From the NCBI GenBank assembly GCA_026415775.1, contig JAOAGL010000001.1:6282-70281 (forward strand): DNA of 64,000 nucleotides. The letters are read 5' to 3'. Positions 56,024 through 64,000 of this stretch are shown one piece after another; position 1 is the first letter of the stretch; every line of letters starts with the position of its first letter. The stretch is from Patescibacteria group bacterium. Lineage in GTDB: Bacteria > Patescibacteriota > Minisyncoccia > UBA6257 > JAAZHW01. The notes beneath the pieces are model-generated. The model saw only the letters and a program-made list of their open reading frames with translations. It made no database searches and was not told where the DNA came from. A program made the translations under genes and the position numbers.

Positions 56024-57886
56024 TTAGTAAGACAAGTAGAGTGAACCAGTCTTGAAGTTATCCCAACCCCAAGTCTGTTCAACATCATTGGTAGTTGTAG
56101 CGCTAGTATTCCAAGTGATTTTACCAACACCAACTTGGAAGAAGCCATTTTGAGTTGAAGTGCTTAATTGAATAACGGCGCTCAACTCACAAGTGGCGGT
56201 TGAACCAGCGCTAATGCGGTAATAATTACCCTCTTCGGTAGCATTGGTTGTACAAGTAAAGTTGTAAGCTGTAGAAGCAGAAGTTGTACCAGCAACTAAT
56301 GTTCCGTAAGTATTAGCGCTTGTTTTGTCAATATAAATATCGTTGTTGTAAGCGGTAATACCTAAGGTAATTTTCGCATTACCAATGCTTTGAGGATGAT
56401 CAGCGCTACCAGCAGCTGTAAAGCTGGTTGTTCCCAAAGCAAACACTGGGGCTTTGACAAAGACGTATTGTTCATTGCCAGCCAAAGTGTAAGTGCTGCC
56501 AACGATATTGGAGTTGGCATCAAGACCCTGCAACCAAACATTGCTTGCTTTCACATAACTGCCAGCAACAAAAGTTGTGTCAGTTGTCGGAATTGAAGCA
56601 ATAATGGCTTTAACAATTAAGGTCTTGGTGGTGTTAGCAGCAATAGGTAAAGTGAAGTTTTCCCAGCTTACAGCACCATTGGTTGTGGTCCAAGTAGGAG
56701 CAGCGGTTTGAACGCGAGTGCTGCCATCCCACAACTCAACAGCGGTTACATAAGAAGTTGTAGTTGTATTCTGTACTACAACAGTGGTTGTCGCGCGATT
56801 TAAAGTAGCGCTGACATTGCTGTCGTTTTTAACAGTGAACTTAAGCAAGGTCACTGCTGTGGTATTGCTGGTTGAAGCAATCACATTGCTTTTGACTGGA
56901 TTATCAGTGGCTAAAGAAACAATGAGATTGGCTCTGTCAGCTTCGCCAACAGTACCAATTGTCGCTGACAAATTCTTGCTAGTGACATCCAAAGTGGTGT
57001 AAACCACACCAGCTGTATCAGTGTAAACAGTACTGCTGTTCATTGCCACTGTAAAGCTAGCAGCCAAAGCACTAGTTGTTAAGGTTGGCAACAAAGTAGC
57101 TTTGACAGTTAAAGTTTTCTTTTGGCCATTAGGAATAACCCAGTTCAAACCAGCAACATTTAAGGTGTAGTTGCTAGCGAAAACATTCTCAATCAAGTTG
57201 GCTTGATTAACAACTAATTCAGCTAATTTGGTTGAACCTTCCCACAAAGAAATTGTGGAGAACTTCTGCCAGGGCAACATATTGGAGCTGGTAGTGATAT
57301 CAATGCCGATTTTGCGGACAGTAATATCAGAACCAGTGGCTTTGAATTCGCCGGCAAAAAGTTCATAGGTTCCACCAGCGTAATAGGTATAAGCTGGATT
57401 AGCAACTGGTACTTTGTTGATTGATAAATTGCCGTAAGCAGCGGTGGTTGGAGTGGTTGTTGGAGCAGTAGTAGTGGTCTGTTGAGCAGTACCACAATAG
57501 AGCGAATTTAATTTAGCTCTTGTTGCTGGGCCAACAATACCAACCTGATCCAAACCGTATTTAGCTTGGAATTTTTTCACAGCTGCTTCGGTTAATGAAC
57601 CAAAGTAGCCAGTAACTAAACCTTCAGGATAAATTGAAGAGTCAGTCTTCAAGACTTGCTGCAAAGTGGTTACTTCTGGATCGCTCATACCCTTTTGAAG
57701 GGTCTTGGTGAAGCAACCAGTTGCAGTTGATCCGCCTTGAGCTGCCAACTGAGCTTGAAGTTGAGCAATTTGTTGGAGCAAGGCGTTGATTTGAGCTTGA
57801 AGCTCTTCAACGGTTGCGCCGTTAATTGGAGCAACCCAAGCCAAAGTTGTTAAGGCTAAGGCGATTGCAATAACTTTATTTTTCAT
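56024..57886 (-). CDS. S-layer-like secreted protein with N-terminal peptidoglycan-binding domain
   Basis: Signal peptide, ELQAQINALLQQIAQLQAQL coil, CFTKTLQKG...TGYFGSLTEAAVKKFQ...VGPATRAKLN, Thr-rich beta domains. Confidence 0.8.
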   Translation of the reverse strand: MKNKVIAIALALTTLAWVAPINGATVEELQAQINALLQQIAQLQAQLAAQGGSTATGCFTKTLQKGMSDPEVTTLQQVLKTDSSIYPEGLVTGYFGSLTEAAVKKFQAKYGLDQVGIVGPATRAKLNSLYCGTAQQTTTTAPTTTPTTAAYGNLSINKVPVANPAYTYYAGGTYELFAGEFKATGSDITVRKIGIDITTSSNMLPWQKFSTISLWEGSTKLAELVVNQANLIENVFASNYTLNVAGLNWVIPNGQKKTLTVKATLLPTLTTSALAASFTVAMNSSTVYTDTAGVVYTTLDVTSKNLSATIGTVGEADRANLIVSLATDNPVKSNVIASTSNTTAVTLLKFTVKNDSNVSATLNRATTTVVVQNTTTTSYVTAVELWDGSTRVQTAAPTWTTTNGAVSWENFTLPIAANTTKTLIVKAIIASIPTTDTTFVAGSYVKASNVWLQGLDANSNIVGSTYTLAGNEQYVFVKAPVFALGTTSFTAAGSADHPQSIGNAKITLGITAYNNDIYIDKTSANTYGTLVAGTTSASTAYNFTCTTNATEEGNYYRISAGSTATCELSAVIQLSTSTQNGFFQVGVGKITWNTSATTTNDVEQTWGWDNFKTGSLYLSY

Positions 57887-58110
57887 AGGAATTAAAAGGA
57901 CCTTTTAATTCTCGACCAAAAGGAATCTAAAAGATTTCTTAAGGTCGATTTTGTTAGTTATAGCGCATTCTTTAACTCAATCGACCCGCCTCTCCAAATG
58001 GAGAAGCTTGAATTAAAGAAGGCTATTTTTTAACTTGCTTGACGCAAGTCTGCGAACTTTAGTTCGCAGAGGTAAAATTACTCTCTTAATAATCTTACCT
58101 CTATGAACTA
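57887..58110 (-). promoter_or_regulatory. Long structured 5' leader of the S-layer-like gene
   Basis: Consecutive inverted repeats GAATTAAAAGG/CCTTTTAATTC, TCGACC/GGTCGA, TTCTTTAA/TTAAAGAA, TCTGCGAACT/AGTTCGCAGA, AGAGGTAA/TTACCTCT. Confidence 0.6.
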
Positions 58111-58275
58111 TTTTTTATTTGAAAAGAGCGAATATAACAAAAACCTAACGCTAAAAGCGCTATTTTATATTTTAATCAATTTTGATAAAAGAATCAAGCA
58201 TTTTCAAAAATATAGTCATTTGCTGGGTATTCATATAATAAAACGAAAAACAAAGGAAAAGGTTACATTTCCCCC

Positions 58276-58989
58276 TTAAAGCATCTGCCAAGTGCTGCTG
58301 GTTAGGATTAAACTAATTAAAATGGCCGAAAAAATCACTTCTGGCAAAAAATGCTTAAAATTAAAGAGGTTTTGAATGGTTAAAAGCATTGTTTCGTTGG
58401 CCAAAATAAACAAAATCAACCAGACGCCAGCTAAACTCAAAAAATTAATGGGCAAAAAATTTAAAACCCAAAGAAACTCCAAAAGCACAAAAGCTGGAAC
58501 CAACGCTATCAAAGAACGATTTTGATTTTGCAATTCAAAAAGATAGCGATAACTTTCTAAATAAAGGTAAAGCGCTAAAAAGAATAATAATTGTTTGAAA
58601 AAGAAATTTTCAAAAAGATTGGAGCGGAAGAAAAAATAAGCCATCGCGCCAAAAACAATCGGCGAAAAAATGCGAAAAAAATCTGGCGATTGCATAAAAC
58701 GTTTATAGAAAATAATTAGTGGGTAAAGAACTAAATAGCCGATAATAATAAATATCTGGCTGGTGATATTTGTCCACTGAAAAACCTGGGGAACAATCAA
58801 AAAAAGAATAAAAACCAAAAAAAGAGGCCAAATTCTAAAAAAGTTTTGTTTGAAGGAGCTTTCTTCTGTTTTTAATCGCTCAAAAAGATAATAAAAGAAA
58901 AATAGAATGGCAAAAACTAGCCAAAAATAAGAGAAATTTTTCCATAAATAAATTACTGATGATAAAAAGCTGAAAATAAAGGATATCAT
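58276..58989 (-). CDS. Multi-pass membrane protein
   Basis: Strongly hydrophobic 237-aa ORF, ATGA-coupled to clpB. Confidence 0.7.
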   Translation of the reverse strand: MISFIFSFLSSVIYLWKNFSYFWLVFAILFFFYYLFERLKTEESSFKQNFFRIWPLFLVFILFLIVPQVFQWTNITSQIFIIIGYLVLYPLIIFYKRFMQSPDFFRIFSPIVFGAMAYFFFRSNLFENFFFKQLLFFLALYLYLESYRYLFELQNQNRSLIALVPAFVLLEFLWVLNFLPINFLSLAGVWLILFILANETMLLTIQNLFNFKHFLPEVIFSAILISLILTSSTWQML

Positions 58990-61637
58990 TTTTTCTTGGG
59001 AACTTTGGATTTATGGCCGACGCCCAAAAAATTGATTTGGTTGTTGGAAGAAAGGGTGATTTTAATTTTATCTCCAGCTGAAATTTCGTTTGAAACAATT
59101 TTGGAAGCCAAAGGGTCTAAAATAAGGCGCTGGATAACACGTTTTAATTCTCGAGCGCCGAATTCAGGGCTAAAACCTTCTTTAGCCAAATAAGTCTTTA
59201 CTTCAGATGAAATTTCTAATTTAATATCTTTTTGTTCTAATCGCTTACTAACATTTTTTAATTGAATTTCCACAATCTGCTCAATATCTTTTTGAGTTAA
59301 TGGGTTGAAAATAATAATTTCGTCAATGCGATTTAAAAATTCGGGGCGAAATCTTTCTTTAAGAGCTAATCGTATTTTCTCTTTTAGACTTTTGGTTTCG
59401 AGGGTTTCTTTGCTTTCCCCATTATCGGTTTTAAAACCCAGTTCAGACATCTGCTCTAAATACTGGCTACCAACATTAGAAGTCATAATAATGATGGTGT
59501 TTTTGAAATTAACCGTCCTTCCTTTGGCGTCAGTTAATCGGCCATTGTCTAGAATTTGAAGAAGAATATTGAATACTTCTGGATGAGCTTTTTCAATTTC
59601 ATCAAACAAAATTAAGCTATAAGGTCGATGTTTTATTAATTCGGTTAATTGCCCGCCTTCTTCATAGCCGACATAACCGGGCGGTGAACCAATCAAACGA
59701 CTGACTGTATGCTTTTCCATATATTCACTCATATCAATTCTAATCATTGCTTTTTCATCATTGAACATAAATTCAGCCAGAGCTCGCGCCAATTCAGTTT
59801 TACCAACGCCAGTCGGACCCAAAAACATAAAAGAGCCGATGGGTTTGTCTTCTTCGGCTAAACCAGCGCGACCGCGACGAATGGCATTTGCCACTGCCTT
59901 AATTGCCTCCTCTTGTCCTACTATTCTTTGATGAAGCGCTTCTTCTATTTTATTTAATTTCTCCGCTTCGCTTTCAAGCATTTTACTGACAGGAATACCA
60001 GTCCATTGGGAAACAACCTTGGCAATGTCTTCTTCATCAATTTGCTCCTTAAATAATTTTTGTTTGTTGGCTTTGATTTTTTTCTCCAGCTCCTCCAATT
60101 TCTTTTCGGTTTGGGGAATTTCACCATAAATCAGGCGAGCGACTTTTTCTAAATCGCCCTGCAATTCGGCAATTTCTTTCTCTTTTTTCAAATCATCTAT
60201 TTTTTTGCGAAGAGTATGAACTTCCTCAATAATTTTTCTATTGCCACTCCATTTATTATTGGCTTTTTTAAATTCTTCTTTAAGTTTTTTTAACTCTGCT
60301 TCAATTTTTTTAAGGCGGGCGCTTTGATTTTTTTCTTTTTTCAACGCCTGCTTTTCAATTTCTAAATTAAGCATTTTTCTTTTAATAGCTTCTAACTCTG
60401 GCGGGGTGCTGTCTAACTCTAAACGACGCGCGGCCGCTGCTTCATCAATCAAATCAATGGCTTTATCAGGCAAAAAACGATCAGTGATATAACGCGCTGA
60501 TAGATTAACAGCAGCAACTAAAGCATTATCAGTAATTTTAATGCCATGGTGCGATTCGTATTTTTCTTTTATACCTCTTAAAATAGCAATCGCTTCTTCA
60601 ATGGACGGCTCCTCAACCAATACTGGTTGGAACCTTCTTTCCAAAGCTGGGTCTTTTTCAATGTGACGTTGATAATCTTTCAAAGTTGTAGCGCCAATAG
60701 CGCGCAATTCGCCGCGAGCAAGAGGTGGTTTTAAAACATTAGAAGCATCAATCGCGCCTTCCGCAGCGCCAGCGCCGACAATCATATGAATTTCATCAAT
60801 AAAAAGAATATATTTTCCTTCGGCAGCTTTAATTTCTTTAATAAAAGCTTTGAGACGCTCTTCAAATTCACCGCGGAATTTTGTACCAGCAACCATGCCA
60901 GGCAAATCCAAGGAAATAATTTCTTTATTTTTCAAACTTTCTGGCACTTCACCATTAACAATTTTTTGTGCTAATCCCTCAACAATAGCTGTTTTCCCAA
61001 CGCCTGGCTCACCAATAAGCATTGGATTATTTTTAGTTCGGCGCGACAAAATTTGAATAACTCGATAAAGCTCATCTTCTCGGCCAATTACTGGGTCTAA
61101 TTTCTGCTCGCGCGCTAATTGAGTTAAATTCACCGCATATTTTTCTAAAACTTGAAATTTGTTTTCGGGAGTTTCATCAGTCACTCTTTGGCTGCCGCGA
61201 ATTTCTTTGAGGGCTTTCAAAATATTTTCTCGGCTGATATTAAATTTGGAAAAAACTAACTTCAGGTCGGTTGCCATTTCAATTAAACCGAGAAACAAAT
61301 GTTCACAAGAAACAAATTCATCTTTTAATTCAGCAGCCTCTTTGGCTGAACGATCCAAAACTTTAATTAAATCTTGCGAAAGATAAAGCTGTCCAACATT
61401 AGCGTTAACGACAAATAATTTCGGCAAACGATTGATTTCTGCCTCTAAAAAATTGGCTAAAGCGTTTAAATTAACACCCAAACGCGATAAAATCATTGGC
61501 ACTACTCCGCCCTCCTGAACTACCAAAGTGTAAAATAGATGGATTGGTTTAAGCTCGCCTTGATTTTTACTCACGGCCAATTCTTGAGCGGCTTGTAATG
61601 CTTCTTGAGCTTTTAATGTAAAACGGTTAAATGGCAT
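58986..61637 (-). CDS. clpB: ATP-dependent chaperone ClpB
   Basis: Clp N domain, GEPGVGKT, coiled middle domain, [24 protein letters not shown]. Confidence 0.93.
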   Translation of the reverse strand: MPFNRFTLKAQEALQAAQELAVSKNQGELKPIHLFYTLVVQEGGVVPMILSRLGVNLNALANFLEAEINRLPKLFVVNANVGQLYLSQDLIKVLDRSAKEAAELKDEFVSCEHLFLGLIEMATDLKLVFSKFNISRENILKALKEIRGSQRVTDETPENKFQVLEKYAVNLTQLAREQKLDPVIGREDELYRVIQILSRRTKNNPMLIGEPGVGKTAIVEGLAQKIVNGEVPESLKNKEIISLDLPGMVAGTKFRGEFEERLKAFIKEIKAAEGKYILFIDEIHMIVGAGAAEGAIDASNVLKPPLARGELRAIGATTLKDYQRHIEKDPALERRFQPVLVEEPSIEEAIAILRGIKEKYESHHGIKITDNALVAAVNLSARYITDRFLPDKAIDLIDEAAAARRLELDSTPPELEAIKRKMLNLEIEKQALKKEKNQSARLKKIEAELKKLKEEFKKANNKWSGNRKIIEEVHTLRKKIDDLKKEKEIAELQGDLEKVARLIYGEIPQTEKKLEELEKKIKANKQKLFKEQIDEEDIAKVVSQWTGIPVSKMLESEAEKLNKIEEALHQRIVGQEEAIKAVANAIRRGRAGLAEEDKPIGSFMFLGPTGVGKTELARALAEFMFNDEKAMIRIDMSEYMEKHTVSRLIGSPPGYVGYEEGGQLTELIKHRPYSLILFDEIEKAHPEVFNILLQILDNGRLTDAKGRTVNFKNTIIIMTSNVGSQYLEQMSELGFKTDNGESKETLETKSLKEKIRLALKERFRPEFLNRIDEIIIFNPLTQKDIEQIVEIQLKNVSKRLEQKDIKLEISSEVKTYLAKEGFSPEFGARELKRVIQRLILDPLASKIVSNEISAGDKIKITLSSNNQINFLGVGHKSKVPKKK

Positions 61638-61641
61638 ATTA

Positions 61642-62940
61642 TTAAAAGTTATCCGGACGTTCTCCTAAAATTAATTCTATATTGATTTCTTGTTTATCCC
61701 GCAAAACTTTCAAATTAACTTTATCACCAACTTTATATTTTTTCAAAATGGCAGTTAAAGTATTAGTGGCGGTAATTTTTTCGCCATTAAATTCTAAAAT
61801 AATATCACCTTCTTTAAGCCCAGCTTTTTCCGCTGGCGAGCCGGAGATAATTGCTGATTCTTTGCTGGACCCGCTATTAATCCAAGCGCCATAATCAACC
61901 GACAAATTATTTTGTTTTTGAATAGCGGAATTAACAATTGTGTATTTTATGCCAATAAACGGCGCGGTAATTTTCCCAAATTTTTGATAAGATTCAAGGG
62001 CTTTTTTAGCGCGATTAATCGGAATAGCAAAACCGATATTTTCAGCGCCAGAAGCAATAGCAGTGTTAATACCAATTACTTCACCTTTCAAATTAATTAA
62101 TGGGCCACCTGAATTGCCTAAATTAATCGCCGCGTCAGTTTGAATAACATTATCAATAGATTCAATATTGCCATAAGCGTCAGAAGCCATTACTGAGCGC
62201 GATAAACCTGAAACAACACCCACCGAAACTGTATTTCGAAATTCACCCAAAGCGTTTCCGATAGCAATTACCGTTTGGCCAACTTTAATGCCATCAGAAT
62301 CCCCTAGTTTTAAAGTTTTGAGATTTTGCGCTTCAATTTTTATCAAAGCAATATCATCAATAGGGTCAAGCGCTAAAACTTTAGCGTCATATTTTGTACC
62401 ATTATTAAGATAAACAGTATAACTAGCATCTTTGTCATTAACCACGTGCTTATTTGTTAAAATCAAACCATCAGACGAAATAATAAAACCAGTGCCGCCA
62501 CCGATTTCTTTTTTCTCTGTGCCTTTTTGACGATATTGAGGAATATTAAATTGGAAAAATGGTCCGAAAAATTCCTGCCAATCTTGGGGCAAATTACCAA
62601 AAGGATTGGTATAATATTGCTCAAAAATTGGAACATCTTTAGAAACAATGATACTCACTACTGCATTAGCCGATTGTTCAACGATATCAATAATTCTTTG
62701 CTCATAGGCTAAATCTGGTTCATAAAACGCTGGTGTTGGTGCGGGCGTAGGCGTTGCTTTTTCAAACCAGTTTTGGGGAATTAAATTTTTCGGGATTAAG
62801 TTTTTAAGATTATCAAAAATGCTGGCTGTAAAATTAGAACTCGAATAAGCAATTTGATGCGAAAACAAAACTCCAACAACAGCACCAACTAAACTGCTTA
62901 AAATAATAACCGAAATCAAAAATTTGGTGTTGAACTTCAT
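61642..62940 (-). CDS. htrA: HtrA/DegP family serine protease with PDZ domain
   Basis: [46 protein letters not shown]. Confidence 0.93.
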   Translation of the reverse strand: MKFNTKFLISVIILSSLVGAVVGVLFSHQIAYSSSNFTASIFDNLKNLIPKNLIPQNWFEKATPTPAPTPAFYEPDLAYEQRIIDIVEQSANAVVSIIVSKDVPIFEQYYTNPFGNLPQDWQEFFGPFFQFNIPQYRQKGTEKKEIGGGTGFIISSDGLILTNKHVVNDKDASYTVYLNNGTKYDAKVLALDPIDDIALIKIEAQNLKTLKLGDSDGIKVGQTVIAIGNALGEFRNTVSVGVVSGLSRSVMASDAYGNIESIDNVIQTDAAINLGNSGGPLINLKGEVIGINTAIASGAENIGFAIPINRAKKALESYQKFGKITAPFIGIKYTIVNSAIQKQNNLSVDYGAWINSGSSKESAIISGSPAEKAGLKEGDIILEFNGEKITATNTLTAILKKYKVGDKVNLKVLRDKQEINIELILGERPDNF

Positions 62941-62976
62941 AGTTTGATTATACGAATAGAAAAAAATATCGGCAAA

Positions 62977-63174
62977 TTAAGGAATGTATTTAATTAAACC
63001 AAGATATCTAGCGCGTTTAATGGCTTTTGACAATCTTTTTTGATGTTTGCGGCATAAACCAGTTTTTTTAGCTGGTAAAATTTTAGCCTGAAAAGACATA
63101 AAACGCGGCAAAAGCGTTACATCCTTGTAATCTACCTCATCTACGTTTTGACTACAAAAAAAACATTGTTTCAT
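62977..63174 (-). CDS. rpsR: 30S ribosomal protein S18
   Basis: CFFC, DYKDV, TGLCRKHQ..L..AIKRAR. Confidence 0.96.
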   Translation of the reverse strand: MKQCFFCSQNVDEVDYKDVTLLPRFMSFQAKILPAKKTGLCRKHQKRLSKAIKRARYLGLIKYIP

Positions 63175-63187
63175 ATTATTTTATCAA

Positions 63188-63652
63188 TTAAAATGGCAAG
63201 TCGTCAGCGGAAATTTCATCTTCGGAAACAATCGGAATATCTGATTCAATATTTACTTCATCCAAATTGGCTGGCGGTTCTATATCAACACCTTCAGAAG
63301 CTGGAACATTGGCGGCAGAAGAAGTTGAGCGCGGTCCCAATTGAAAATTCTGAGCAATAATTTCTGTCCGCGAATGACGAACGCCATTTTGGTCAGTCCA
63401 ATTTCTGGTTTTTAGTCGACCCTCAATAAAAACTAGTTTGCCTTTAGTTAAATAACGGCTGGCTGTTTCAGCTAATTTGCCCCAAACAACAATATTATGG
63501 AATTCAACTTCACTTTGTCTCTGTCCATTTTTATCAGTCCAGATGCGATTGGTAGCCACGCCAAATGTAGCAACACTCTGGCCGCTTGGCGTGGTTCTTA
63601 ATTCGGGATCGCGAGTTAAATTGCCTAAAATAAATACTCTATTAAAATTCAT
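63188..63652 (-). CDS. ssb: Single-stranded DNA-binding protein
   Basis: NRVFILGNLTRDPELR, KGKLVFIEGRL, C-terminal DDLPF. Confidence 0.97.
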   Translation of the reverse strand: MNFNRVFILGNLTRDPELRTTPSGQSVATFGVATNRIWTDKNGQRQSEVEFHNIVVWGKLAETASRYLTKGKLVFIEGRLKTRNWTDQNGVRHSRTEIIAQNFQLGPRSTSSAANVPASEGVDIEPPANLDEVNIESDIPIVSEDEISADDLPF

Positions 63653-63683
63653 ATTTTTGAAACTAAAAGACCTTTCTTAATTA

Positions 63684-64000
63684 TTATACCAATTTTTGAA
63701 TTTCTTCCAATTTTTCTTCTAATTTCTCAAAATCTGGCTCTGGTTTTTTCTCTTCTGAAGCAGCGGCGATTTCGCTTATTGGTTGAGGCGCGCTTTTGGA
63801 TTCTTTGGCTAATTTTGGTTGACTTGTTAGTTTCTTATATTTTGGCGGAGGAGTCACAATTAAATAGCGCAAAATATTTTTTTCATACGATAATTGTTCT
63901 TTAAAATCCGCCAATTTATCAGGCTCTAACTCAAACCAAAAATAACCAAAATATGCTTCGGTTTCTTTTTTGATGGGATAGGATAAATTGATTTTATTGA
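63684..64000 (-). CDS. rpsF: 30S ribosomal protein S6 (5' part outside the window)
   Basis: LSYPIKKETEAYFGYFWF...ILRYLIV; rpsF-ssb-rpsR order. Confidence 0.9.
   Translation of the reverse strand, partial: NKINLSYPIKKETEAYFGYFWFELEPDKLADFKEQLSYEKNILRYLIVTPPPKYKKLTSQPKLAKESKSAPQPISEIAAASEEKKPEPDFEKLEEKLEEIQKLV

Noticed and set aside
2364-63680. Numerous 60-140 aa ORFs antisense to or out of frame within long genes in the ORF track
   Set aside because: They overlap well-supported genes and lack motifs or initiation signals; treated as shadow ORFs.

Overview
AT-rich (about 30% G+C by eye) bacterial chromosome segment, translation table 11. The gene content (shortened ValS, MetG and IF-2, PolX-PHP, VirB4/TraG-like ATPase with a CxxC-x17-CxxC tail, peptidoglycan-binding S-layer-like proteins, the CCTGCCTGCCGGCAGGCAGG palindrome) suggests a Patescibacteria/CPR (Parcubacteria-like) organism; this assignment is inference. 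Housekeeping genes (metG, valS, tyrS, efp, infB, queA, clpB, htrA, rpsR-ssb-rpsF), a surface-glycan locus and four tRNAs are interspersed with accessory units. The best candidate for an undescribed system is a three-gene RiPP-like island at 16.3-19.0 kb: a 58-aa Cys/Asp-rich precursor, an HExxH protein and a radical SAM/SPASM enzyme. Also notable: a HEAT-repeat/GNAT protein with hypervariable repeat positions next to tRNA-Ala; a duplicated tRNA half interrupted by a palindromic element; an array of self-contained ORFan units at 52.5-55.9 kb including a fully punctuated transcript encoding only a 10-aa peptide; and three apparent translation-initiation modes (leaderless, AAAGGTC motif, strong SD). 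All calls come from reading the sequence; no database searches were run.
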